44,377 nt of DNA, taken from a virus. The notes below the pieces were generated by a model that did not search any database, was not told where the DNA came from, and saw only the letters and a program-made list of their open reading frames with translations. Position numbers and translations under genes: made by a program. The stretch lies in the IMG/VR virus record IMGVR_UViG_3300048134_000198; one strand, 5' to 3'. Positions 34,759 through 42,961 of this stretch are shown here, in pieces (position 1 is the stretch's first letter; every line of letters starts with the position of its first letter).

Positions 34759-35096
34759 TGTCCGACGACAAGCCCCAGCTGATGGTCGGGGACCACGTAC
34801 TCGACAAGGAGGACGACGACGCGACGCTGCTCGTCACCGCCGTTAGTCCCCAGACGGCCGAGGAGTACGACGTCGGCGACAAGACCGTCGCAGCGTATAA
34901 CGAGGACTACCCCCGCGATGATGACGTCATCGAGGTGCGGTACCCCCAGCGCACCACCCAGGACGTCGACCGCCTCGACGACTACGCGTTCCCACGGTCG
35001 CGGTTGGAGCTCGAGACGCCGCTACACGACCGCGACGACGGTGAGGACGAGGATGGGTTCGGGACGACCGTCATCGAGGGGGCGACCGATGAGTGA
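34758..35096 (+). CDS. 112-aa SH3-like acidic protein
   Basis: VGDHVLD...VIEVRYP...YAFPRSRL; coupled. Confidence 0.75.
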   Translation: MSDDKPQLMVGDHVLDKEDDDATLLVTAVSPQTAEEYDVGDKTVAAYNEDYPRDDDVIEVRYPQRTTQDVDRLDDYAFPRSRLELETPLHDRDDGEDEDGFGTTVIEGATDE

Positions 35097-35433
35097 CCAC
35101 GACACCGGCAGCCCAGCGAGCCGCCTCGAGGGCGCACGCAAGCAACTGCGGCTCGCCCTCCAACAAGTGGACGACCCCAGCGTCGCGGCCCGCATCCAGG
35201 ACGCCCGCCGGAGTGCTCGCCAAGCTAGCGACGCGCTGGTGTCGGCGCCGATCACGACCGACCCCATTCCCGAGGATACTGTCGGGCAGGCGCTCGTCGA
35301 ATGCACCTGCTGCGGCAAGACCGGGCTCGCCGAACGCATCCACTCGACCGCGTGCCCCCACGACAGCAGCAGTGAGGGCGACGAAGAGAGTCCGGGCATC
35401 AGCACGGTCGTCACCCAGGACGGTGATCAGTGA
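35089..35433 (+). CDS. 114-aa protein with A2/B2-type Zn finger
   Basis: ECTCCGKTGLAERI-x4-C aligns with ECPVCGAVGLPERI-x4-C. Confidence 0.75.
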   Translation: MSDHDTGSPASRLEGARKQLRLALQQVDDPSVAARIQDARRSARQASDALVSAPITTDPIPEDTVGQALVECTCCGKTGLAERIHSTACPHDSSSEGDEESPGISTVVTQDGDQ

Positions 35434-35765
35434 TGGCTGCCGTCCAAACCAGCGCGGATGTCCTCGACCGGCGTGACGCCGCCGCCCTCACAGAGTGTAT
35501 GTCCGTACTCGACGACATCGGCTGGGCGCGAGATAGTCCCGGCTTGTATCTCGTCGTCACCGAGTCCGGTGCCTGCTATCGCGTCGACGTTCGCGAAGGG
35601 CGCTGCAACTGCAGCGACCAGTTCTACCGCAACCCCACGGGCGGCTGCAAGCACGTGCGGCGGGTCCAATATGCTATCCAGGAGCGGGAGATCCCCGACT
35701 GGGTCAACGAGGATCGCGTCGACGACCAGCTCGGCGAGCACGTCCAGGGGGCCAGTGATGAATAA
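35430..35765 (+). CDS. SWIM Zn-finger protein
   Basis: YRVDVREGRCNCSD...CKH (CxC-xn-CxH). Confidence 0.85.
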   Translation: MMAAVQTSADVLDRRDAAALTECMSVLDDIGWARDSPGLYLVVTESGACYRVDVREGRCNCSDQFYRNPTGGCKHVRRVQYAIQEREIPDWVNEDRVDDQLGEHVQGASDE

Positions 35766-36159
35766 GCGGACTCGCGACGAGTACGGCGGCCGCAAAGACC
35801 TCCAAGACGCCGGCTGGCACGTCCAACAACAGGACGCAATCGCCTTCAACGGCGGGAGCGAATCCACCCAACACCTCGTCGCGAAAACCCTCGTCGCGAA
35901 AGTCCTCCGCGACCGCGGCTACCGCATCGACACAGAGGTCGAGAAGGACGGCGTCGGGGAGATCGACGTCGTCGCCTACGGGCTCGGCGAGCCGCCGTTC
36001 GCGGTCGAGGTCGAAACGAATCCGACGAAGGACATCGTCGCCGACAAGCTCAGCCGGTACTACCGCGACGAACCGTATTGTGAGTGTTTCGTGCTCGACG
36101 TTGACGAGCTGCCGGACTCGATTACGGACGCCCGCGAGTGGGTGGAGGACCAACTATGA
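35758..36159 (+). CDS. PD-(D/E)xK-like nuclease domain protein
   Basis: H-x3-K...TE...IDVV...AVEVET pattern. Confidence 0.6.
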   Translation: MNKRTRDEYGGRKDLQDAGWHVQQQDAIAFNGGSESTQHLVAKTLVAKVLRDRGYRIDTEVEKDGVGEIDVVAYGLGEPPFAVEVETNPTKDIVADKLSRYYRDEPYCECFVLDVDELPDSITDAREWVEDQL

Positions 36160-36401
36160 ACGACGACGTCCAGGAGCGTGACTTCACGGACCCCGAGACG
36201 CACTTCCGCCTGCTCCGCAGCCATACGCCGCGGACGGTAGACGGTTTCAAGCCTGGTGAGTTGACGGGCGAGGTGGAGTGCGAGGAGTGCGGCAGTAGTG
36301 CGGGGAATATTGATGCGATCAACCACGCGAAAACCTGCAGCCAGCAGAGCGTTCACTCGTCGTGGTGGCGGAACACGCACCCACGCAGCTACAAATCCTA
36401 A
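36156..36401 (+). CDS. 81-aa CxxC...HxxxC Zn-finger protein
   Basis: CEECG...HAKTC, same ligand pattern as A3. Confidence 0.7.
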   Translation: MNDDVQERDFTDPETHFRLLRSHTPRTVDGFKPGELTGEVECEECGSSAGNIDAINHAKTCSQQSVHSSWWRNTHPRSYKS

Positions 36402-36422
36402 CCCCGCTGGGGCCTGCTTTTT
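36402..36422 (+). terminator. hairpin plus oligo-T terminator
   Basis: CCCC-GCT-GGGG then TTTTT. Confidence 0.55.
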
Positions 36423-36431
36423 CTCCGTTCT

Positions 36432-36473
36432 TTAACCAACACTGGAGTGGATAGCGGCAGCAGTGTTGGTTAA
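36432..36473. repeat. perfect 13-bp inverted repeat TTAACCAACACTG-N16-CAGTGTTGGTTAA upstream of cdc6
   Basis: Direct reading. Confidence 0.8.
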
Positions 36474-36531
36474 GGCCGAGGGGTCGGAATTCACCCGGGG
36501 TGTTTTATCGCGAGGGCGTGCAGCCAGAACC

Positions 36532-37590
36532 ATGATCACTCGGCCTCGGGTCTTCGAGGACGACCACCTCCCCGACACCCTCCTCCACAGGCACACCGAA
36601 AAACGGGAGCTGGCGCGCGGGTTCGAACCGATCACGCGCGGCAATCCCAGCGAGTACGTCCTCCTCGCCGGCCCCTCAGGGGTCGGCAAGACCGCGCTCG
36701 CAAAGAGCGGCCTTGAGGACGTCAGCGACTTCGGGCAGGTGGACACCGGGTTCGTGCGCGCGATGGGGAAACGCACCGGGTCGATTCTCCGTGACATCAT
36801 CGACGAGCATCCCAGCGACGTGGGCGTGTCGCATTCGACGCCGGTCGAGGCGCTCCCCGAGCTGCTTGCGGACGCAACCCAGCGGCCGTACGTGGTCGTC
36901 CTCGACGAGGCCGACGACCTCCCCAGTACGGACGTGCTTGATGCACTGTCGCGGTGTCGGTGGGTGTCTGTCGTCGTGGTCACGCACGACCAAACCAGGT
37001 TCGAGTCCCGTACTGATGCGCCGTTCAGTATTCGGCTGCAGGTGGATCGCTTTACCAGCGCGGAGCTGGCGGACATCCTTGAGGCGCGCGCTCAGGAGGG
37101 ACTGCAGGCGGGGGTGGTGTCTCGCGGCCAATTAGAGTCCATCGCGGATACCGTCGCTGGCGTTGCCCGCTGGGGCATCCAGTCGTTGCGGGCGGCCGCC
37201 GAAATTGCTGATGAACGCGGGCATCCGACCATCGAACCCAGTGACGTCCAGGACTGCTACCAGCGCGCCCGCGGCCGGATCCGCGCATCGAATCTCGAGA
37301 GCCTGCCCGTGCATCACCACGTCCTGTACGAGATCGTCCGCGAGGCTGGAGCGTGCTCGGGTGGGGAGGTCCACGACCGGTATGAGCGTATTGCCGAGCG
37401 CGTCTACGAGGGGCTACCCGTCGCGCCAGTCGGGAAACGGAGTCGCCGAAATAAGCTCGCGAAACTCGGCGCGTACGACTTAATCGAGATCGTCGAGGAG
37501 AGGAACCAGCGCCAGTACCGTGTACTCGACGACGGATTGGAGTCTAAGCACGTGGACCTCAGCACACTGCCAGTCCGAGATTGTACGTAA
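36532..37590 (+). CDS. cdc6: Cdc6/Orc1-like AAA+ initiator
   Basis: Walker A GPSGVGKT, Walker B VVLDEAD, sensor-2 region GVARWGI, C-terminal wH; TTTTAT ~24 nt upstream. Confidence 0.9.
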   Translation: MITRPRVFEDDHLPDTLLHRHTEKRELARGFEPITRGNPSEYVLLAGPSGVGKTALAKSGLEDVSDFGQVDTGFVRAMGKRTGSILRDIIDEHPSDVGVSHSTPVEALPELLADATQRPYVVVLDEADDLPSTDVLDALSRCRWVSVVVVTHDQTRFESRTDAPFSIRLQVDRFTSAELADILEARAQEGLQAGVVSRGQLESIADTVAGVARWGIQSLRAAAEIADERGHPTIEPSDVQDCYQRARGRIRASNLESLPVHHHVLYEIVREAGACSGGEVHDRYERIAERVYEGLPVAPVGKRSRRNKLAKLGAYDLIEIVEERNQRQYRVLDDGLESKHVDLSTLPVRDCT

Positions 37591-37602
37591 TCGACGTGTG
37601 AC

Positions 37603-38616
37603 TTAACAGAGATGCTCCCAGGTTCCTTCTGCGTCGAACTTCGGACAATCTCCCTCATCGATTTCAGTAGCTGACATCCGCACTGAAGTAGAGATCTCTT
37701 CCGCCTCGGGTGTAATGCCATGTTCCTGTAACTCACAAATGATTCCCACTAAACAGCCAGAGACAAGAGGGGCAGCGAAGCTTGTCCCGATCTGTGGTTG
37801 AATCGAGTCTGTATCTGCACCGAGAATATAGATAACCGGGGCTAAGACGTTCGGGGCGGCATTATGATAGGAGACGTTTCCCGGCCACGGGACTTCTCGA
37901 CGGTTATCCAGACAGGCTTCCGTTGAACAGCACCCATTCTGTCCACAGAAGGGGCCGTTAATCTCATCGCCATCTAACCACCACTGGCCAGAATCCTCTC
38001 CCCGAATTAATGGCTCCGTACAGTGCGAGAGGTATCCACCAACACCGATGACAGCGTCGTTTGTAGCGGGACAATGAACCCCTATGCGAGTATTCGAGTT
38101 GTCCGAATTCCCCGTCGCGGCTACAATAGTCATATCGTCACCACGTACGGCGAGTTCGGCTTCTCGGCAGAGGCTACAGAAGCCGTAGCAGTCGTGGTAC
38201 GTACCTGCAGAGATATTGAGGACATCGACTCCTGCTTCAGCGGCGTCTACGATTGCCTGAATAGTATCGCTCCGGGAACCCGCCCACTTGGTTCCGTCTT
38301 CTGTCTCGTGTTCGTCGATTATCTGGAACGTGCTGAAGGTGGCGTTCGGGTTCTGGGTCGCAATTATGTCGAATACGTTACGTCCGTGACCGATCGGGTC
38401 CGTTTGATCGTGGTCGACGTAGTCATAGGTGTGGTCAAAGGAGAAAGTCTCAGCGAGATCTGAGTCCGGCTCTCCGAGAGAATCGATAACGCCGACGTGA
38501 ACTCCAGCACCGTGATCTTGGGATACACCGGCGTTCAAGCTCTTGAGCTGCGACCGATGAACGAATTGCGCAAAGTCAGCTACATGATCGAATCGGTCCG
38601 GTGCTCGAAATTTCCC
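37603..38616 (-). CDS. S8 (subtilisin-family) serine protease catalytic domain, probably reached by -1 frameshift
   Basis: VIDS (D), GHG (H), ATGN (oxyanion N), GTSFAAP (S); frame open from 38634 with no ATG before the catalytic Asp. Confidence 0.85.
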   Translation of the reverse strand, partial: GKFRAPDRFDHVADFAQFVHRSQLKSLNAGVSQDHGAGVHVGVIDSLGEPDSDLAETFSFDHTYDYVDHDQTDPIGHGRNVFDIIATQNPNATFSTFQIIDEHETEDGTKWAGSRSDTIQAIVDAAEAGVDVLNISAGTYHDCYGFCSLCREAELAVRGDDMTIVAATGNSDNSNTRIGVHCPATNDAVIGVGGYLSHCTEPLIRGEDSGQWWLDGDEINGPFCGQNGCCSTEACLDNRREVPWPGNVSYHNAAPNVLAPVIYILGADTDSIQPQIGTSFAAPLVSGCLVGIICELQEHGITPEAEEISTSVRMSATEIDEGDCPKFDAEGTWEHLC

Positions 38617-38876
38617 TGGTTGAGCTGCGTGACGTCAGCTTCATCAAGTTCTACAGAGAGCACACCGGAAAGGTCACAGACGGCATCGATTTTGGACTTA
38701 GGGAGTTGGGCCTTGACCGTCGTCCGACCGAGGTGGTCCTCAACGTCGCCGTCCAGTTCGGTGAGCGCCGTCGTGAGTTCATCGCGATCGCCGTCATACC
38801 CGATGAGCAGCGTGACGCGTTCGTCGCTCTCGCTGCCCTGTAGGTCGCGGACCTCTTGATCGATGAACTCGGGCAT
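38580..38876 (-). CDS. I9-like propeptide/protease-inhibitor domain, 98 aa
   Basis: beta-alpha-beta-beta-alpha-beta pattern ending GVLSVELD, as in subtilase propeptides; directly upstream of the S8 domain; TTTAAC ~25 nt upstream. Confidence 0.65.
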   Translation of the reverse strand: MPEFIDQEVRDLQGSESDERVTLLIGYDGDRDELTTALTELDGDVEDHLGRTTVKAQLPKSKIDAVCDLSGVLSVELDEADVTQLNQGNFEHRTDSIM

Positions 38877-39022
38877 ACCTGTTCGTGTGCTTGGTAGAGT
38901 GTTAAATGTACTTGTTACGTCAGACGTTATAAACAGAGTCTCACACCCGGCCGCTGTCTGGACCTGCCCCCTCGGAAAGCACCCGCCTTTTTACCGTCCT
39001 ACCCGCCCTCACCTCCGCGTGT

Positions 39023-39247
39023 ATGCCGACGCTCGAAACACGCACTGGCGAGGTCTCGATTACGAAGCTCCGGCCGGTCGAAGGCGGCGGCCGCGTCGCC
39101 GTCGAACTCGACTCACGGAAATGGCACGTCGACGTCCTCCAGGAGGACGGCGTGCAGGTCGTGGCGTCCTGGCGGGATGGGGAGCTTGCGGATGTCGAGT
39201 TGCCTGCAGAGGTGGAAGAACGCCTGCAGGAGTACGCGACCCAGTGA
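39023..39247 (+). CDS. 74-aa hypothetical protein
   Basis: Acidic, divergent from the propeptide gene. Confidence 0.65.
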   Translation: MPTLETRTGEVSITKLRPVEGGGRVAVELDSRKWHVDVLQEDGVQVVASWRDGELADVELPAEVEERLQEYATQ

Positions 39248-39255
39248 TGTCGAGG

Positions 39256-39492
39256 TTACTCGTCAGCTTCGCCGTCGGGTTGTTCGATAGTGATGGTGTC
39301 GCCAGACATGTTGGCGGTGATGGTGACGGTTTCGCCGGCTTCCATCCCTGCAGTTTCGAGCACCTGCTTTGGGATGGTGAGGACGACGCTGTTCCCGGAT
39401 TCGCGGAGCTTTCGAATCCCGGTCACGGTCCCGGTCTCTGGGTCGATGCTGACGCCGTTAGTCATGCTCGCACTTGCAGTTGGTACGGACAT
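39256..39492 (-). CDS. AbrB/MazE/SpoVT-family regulator
   Basis: RKLRESGNSVVLTIPKQVL-x-TAG-x3-G-x-TV. Confidence 0.88.
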   Translation of the reverse strand: MSVPTASASMTNGVSIDPETGTVTGIRKLRESGNSVVLTIPKQVLETAGMEAGETVTITANMSGDTITIEQPDGEADE

Positions 39493-39587
39493 AGGTCTTA
39501 CGTGAATCAGACAACGGCGACCACTGGTAAAAGAATAACCCCACGATTAGGGGAAGAAATAAGTCCCTACCAAAGTAAGACATAGGT
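39489..39587. promoter_or_regulatory. divergent promoter with inverted 13-bp sites (11/13) next to both start codons
   Basis: GTAAGACCTATGT on minus (39501-39489) vs GTAAGACATAGGT on plus (39575-39587). Confidence 0.55.
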
Positions 39588-39791
39588 ATGCCTGCCAGCG
39601 TAGACGTAGATAGTGAGACGATGGAAGACACGCGCTTGCTCCGGGAATCCGGAAACAGCGTTGTCGTCTCCATCCCGCCGGAAATACTGGATACGGCAGG
39701 CCTCGAAACCGGAGACACTGTTACCGTCTCCGCCCCCTTCGAGGGAGGTCAAATCAACGTGAAGGAAACCACCGGCGACGACGAGAAGTAG
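39588..39791 (+). CDS. AbrB/MazE/SpoVT-family regulator (paralog)
   Basis: RLLRESGNSVVVSIPPEILDTAGLETGDTV. Confidence 0.88.
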   Translation: MPASVDVDSETMEDTRLLRESGNSVVVSIPPEILDTAGLETGDTVTVSAPFEGGQINVKETTGDDEK

Positions 39792-39800
39792 ACCGCCTTT

Positions 39801-39846
39801 CGCACACCCGCGCTCAGTTCCTGGACAGATCGGAGCGCGGGCGTGC
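39801..39846 (+). promoter_or_regulatory. long GC hairpin between AbrB and the early operon
   Basis: CGCAC-A-CCCGCGCTC...GAGCGCGGG-C-GTGCG. Confidence 0.4.
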
Positions 39847-39897
39847 GGGGGTGGTCCCGGAATAGCCCAGTCAAACGAAGCCGATTCCGAGACCACG

Positions 39898-39987
39898 ATG
39901 CACTACGACACCACCCCGAAAGAATCCACCGACCCGGACGACGCACCGACGACCACCAGCAACCCGGCAACGGAGGCGAGTGCCTGA
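39898..39987 (+). CDS. 29-aa leader microprotein
   Basis: TGATG coupling to the next gene. Confidence 0.4.
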   Translation: MHYDTTPKESTDPDDAPTTTSNPATEASA

Positions 39988-40139
39988 TGTCGGCGCCCGT
40001 CTACGAGGTCGCCGGCGCGATCAACGCGAGTCTCGCCGACCAAGTCACCGGCGACGATGACACCATCCTCGTCGAGCAGGACGACGGGAGCGAGCTGCTC
40101 ATCGCCCAGCCGAAGCCCGACAACGGAGGCGATGCCTGA
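39987..40139 (+). CDS. 50-aa acidic microprotein
   Basis: GGAGG SD; coupled at both ends. Confidence 0.6.
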   Translation: MSAPVYEVAGAINASLADQVTGDDDTILVEQDDGSELLIAQPKPDNGGDA

Positions 40140-40951
40140 TGCGGTCCGCAATCCTCTACCAACTCACCGGCGACCCCGATGGGGAACTCCCCAACCAACT
40201 CGAAGGCGGCCTCCCCGCCGCAACCGCTGGCACCACGAAGTACCTCGACGGCCGCGAGATCACGTACGGCACCCTCGCCGGCCACATCACCACCACGCAG
40301 GACGCCCCCGTCGTCACCGACGACGGGATTTACACCGAACGCGAGGACACCGAAGAACCCGCGGTTGGGGAGTACCACGCCGACCTCGAGCTGGGGTGGG
40401 CCGGCATCACCACCCAGGACATCGAACCGCTCCTGGTGGACTACATCGCCCACCACACAGGAGTCGTCCCCGAAAATGCGGAACTGAACCTCGACGCCTT
40501 CGCCGAACGCCTCCCCGACGACGTCGACACGAACGGCGTCGTCTACAGTCAGAGTATCGAGGATGGCCAACAGCACGACGCCGCGGGCAGCCACTGGCAG
40601 CACGACGCCGACCGGTCGAAAATCCCTGCCGAAGGCACGAGCGTGCTGCACGTCCAGTACACGTGGGACGGCATCCTCGTCGACGCGATGCTCGCCCAAT
40701 CTGGGTACGTTGCGGTGTACAAGGACTGGACCGCGGAGACGTTCGCGCGCTGGATCGCCGCCGAAATCGAACCCTTCCTCTCGCTGGCCGCTCGCGACGA
40801 GCAGGCCACCCTCGACGACACCGGCGGCGACGAGTCGGAGGTCTGTGAGGTGTGTGGGCGCGAGCCCGACCGTGGTCTCGAGGAGGCGTCGGATGGTCGC
40901 GAGGTCTGTCTCGTGTGCAAGGACGACATCGACAACCGGGGTGAAGCCTGA
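40139..40951 (+). CDS. 270-aa hypothetical protein with C-terminal Zn ribbon
   Basis: CEVCG...CLVC. Confidence 0.8.
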   Translation: MRSAILYQLTGDPDGELPNQLEGGLPAATAGTTKYLDGREITYGTLAGHITTTQDAPVVTDDGIYTEREDTEEPAVGEYHADLELGWAGITTQDIEPLLVDYIAHHTGVVPENAELNLDAFAERLPDDVDTNGVVYSQSIEDGQQHDAAGSHWQHDADRSKIPAEGTSVLHVQYTWDGILVDAMLAQSGYVAVYKDWTAETFARWIAAEIEPFLSLAARDEQATLDDTGGDESEVCEVCGREPDRGLEEASDGREVCLVCKDDIDNRGEA

Positions 40952-41523
40952 TGGCGGCGAGGACTGCCTCACCGCCGACGATCTACGACGTCGTCGAACT
41001 GCCCGCGGCGGAGAAGGGTGGCGAGTGCCAGCTGCAGGTCGGGCCGAGCGATGCTCACCATCCGTGCGGGAACCGGGTCGAGTTCGTGTTCGTGTACGCG
41101 GCCAGCGAACGACCCTACGAGGACGACCGGCGGAACATGCTCGCCTGCGCGGAGTGCATCCCCAGCGTCTCCGAGTCGGTACAGGCCGAACTCCGCGAGC
41201 ACCCCGGCCAAGTGAACTACGGGACCGCCCCGGAAGCGCTGAGTACGGCGACACTCACGCAGGAGTACGCCGAGCTCAACGAACGCCGGTTCTCCCGCAC
41301 CATCACCGAAGCCGACCGGGAGCGTCGCATGGCGGTCTGGAACGAACTGCTCGAACGTAGTGACGTCGAGCAGCCGGAGTGCCCCGAGTGCGGCAGCCAG
41401 CGCTGGGGGTTCACGGACCACACCGAATGCATGAGTTGTGGCTACGGGCCGACCGACCCGGAGCTCCTCGGCGCGATTCAGTCCGCGTGGGAGCAGATCG
41501 GGGCTGCTGGAGGTGGCGCCTGA
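40951..41523 (+). CDS. 190-aa protein with two Zn-binding clusters
   Basis: C...HPC...CAEC and CPECG...CMSCG. Confidence 0.8.
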   Translation: MAARTASPPTIYDVVELPAAEKGGECQLQVGPSDAHHPCGNRVEFVFVYAASERPYEDDRRNMLACAECIPSVSESVQAELREHPGQVNYGTAPEALSTATLTQEYAELNERRFSRTITEADRERRMAVWNELLERSDVEQPECPECGSQRWGFTDHTECMSCGYGPTDPELLGAIQSAWEQIGAAGGGA

Positions 41524-41972
41524 TGGCAGACTCAGTCTCCCCCGAGATGAAAGAGCTAATCAAGAACAGCCCGCCGGCGTGGGCGCTGGCGAGCCACCTC
41601 AAGGACGCCTACCAGATTCCCGAGTCGGAGTGGGAGCAAGTCCTCAAATTCGAGTGGACCGACGAAGACGAAACGTGGACGGTTCGGTGCAACGGCAGCG
41701 GCACCACGAAAACGTGGACCGGCTCGCCGCTGTCCAACCAGTTCCCCAGCCCGGCAGCGATCCCCGTGCCCGCGGGCTGCCACCTAGTCACCGTCGACGG
41801 CGAGGCCGTGCTCCTCGCGAAGCCTGACGGCCACGAGTTCTTCTGCGACCGCGGCGCCACCAGGGTCTGGGAGGAGGCGGCGATCCGCGCGATGCACGCA
41901 CGGTGCCTCGAACAGGGCAGCGACCTCCCTCCTGTTGCGGCGTTCCTCGAGGAGAAGGAGGTGCTCGACTGA
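41523..41972 (+). CDS. 149-aa hypothetical protein
   Basis: Coupled; acidic. Confidence 0.7.
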   Translation: MADSVSPEMKELIKNSPPAWALASHLKDAYQIPESEWEQVLKFEWTDEDETWTVRCNGSGTTKTWTGSPLSNQFPSPAAIPVPAGCHLVTVDGEAVLLAKPDGHEFFCDRGATRVWEEAAIRAMHARCLEQGSDLPPVAAFLEEKEVLD

Positions 41973-42217
41973 TGGCGGACGCTGCCGAAGAGAGAGCGGG
42001 AGATGCTCAGTTGACCGGTGTCTGGATCGGTCCAGTCCGCGGTGTCACGATTCGTGAGCCCGGCCCCGACGCAGACGGTCCTGTGCTTGAAATTCGTGGC
42101 GAGGAAGGGATGGCCGCCATGGAGTTCGACGACGAGGCATTCGTCGACGGCCTGACCGAGATGGTTGCGGAGATGCAGATGGTCTTCGACCAGCAGGAGG
42201 TGACTGGCGGTGAGTAA
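41972..42217 (+). CDS. 81-aa hypothetical protein
   Basis: GGAGGTG SD; coupled. Confidence 0.7.
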   Translation: MADAAEERAGDAQLTGVWIGPVRGVTIREPGPDADGPVLEIRGEEGMAAMEFDDEAFVDGLTEMVAEMQMVFDQQEVTGGE

Positions 42218-42470
42218 CTCAGACGGTGAGGACCTCATCGAGGCCTGTCCTGAATGTGGTGAAGCCGCGGTCCGCGCTCGCCGCCCCGAGAAACCGTGCT
42301 CGCGAGCCACCGGGAGTGACGCTCGGTACCGCTGCAGTAGCTGTCAAGCACGCTTCGACGACCCCATCGAACGCCCCTCGCAGAGCAACACTGGCCCCGG
42401 TACCGGATCGGCGCTCACCGCGAAACTCGCCGCGATGGACCCCGAGGATGTCGGAGGTGAATCAGCGTGA
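42210..42470 (+). CDS. Zn-ribbon protein
   Basis: CPECG...YRCSSC. Confidence 0.78.
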   Translation: MSNSDGEDLIEACPECGEAAVRARRPEKPCSRATGSDARYRCSSCQARFDDPIERPSQSNTGPGTGSALTAKLAAMDPEDVGGESA

Positions 42471-42799
42471 GCGCGACCTACCAGCCCGGCATCAACGCCA
42501 GCCACCACCTCACCGAGGAACGCTGGCCCGGCCGCGCCACCCTCGACCGGGACGTCGACCCGGAGACCGCGTGGTACCGCGCCCACGACCTCGACCTCCC
42601 CGAAGGGCATACGACGGGCGCCTACCCTCGGCTCCCCGACCACGACGAAGTCCGCATCGACCCCCAGACGCGGACCGTCCTGTTCCGCCGCGACGACACC
42701 CTGGTGACGTGCTTCGACCTCGACGTCGTCGACTCGTATCACGGCCACGCGGTGCGTGCGGCGGTCCGCGAGCAGTACCCCGAGGTGCTATCAGAGTGA
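42467..42799 (+). CDS. 110-aa hypothetical protein
   Basis: GGAGGTGA SD; GTGA coupling. Confidence 0.7.
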   Translation: MSATYQPGINASHHLTEERWPGRATLDRDVDPETAWYRAHDLDLPEGHTTGAYPRLPDHDEVRIDPQTRTVLFRRDDTLVTCFDLDVVDSYHGHAVRAAVREQYPEVLSE

Positions 42800-42957
42800 G
42801 CCAAACCACCACCCCCAACGAGCGCGACGAGTCGACCACGGAGTACTACGAACGCCGCCAGCACTATGTCGACGAGCTCGCCGAACGCGACGACGAACTC
42901 GGCGCCCTCGCCCGCGCCATCCAAGCCGTCGCCACCAGCGGTGATACCGATGCCTGA
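42796..42957 (+). CDS. 53-aa helical protein, last early gene, convergent with int
   Basis: GTGA coupling; acidic helical pattern. Confidence 0.55.
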   Translation: MSQTTTPNERDESTTEYYERRQHYVDELAERDDELGALARAIQAVATSGDTDA

Positions 42958-42961
42958 GCCA

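Noticed and set aside
36532-38876. AAA ATPase plus subtilase as an IetAS-like toxin-antitoxin pair
   Set aside because: The ATPase has Cdc6/Orc1 features including the wH domain and is convergent with, not co-transcribed with, the protease; adjacency may be incidental
18579-39581. GTAAGAC shared between the AbrB sites and the 39-bp repeats, suggesting one regulon
   Set aside because: A 7-mer is expected a few times by chance in 44 kb, and the flanks do not match
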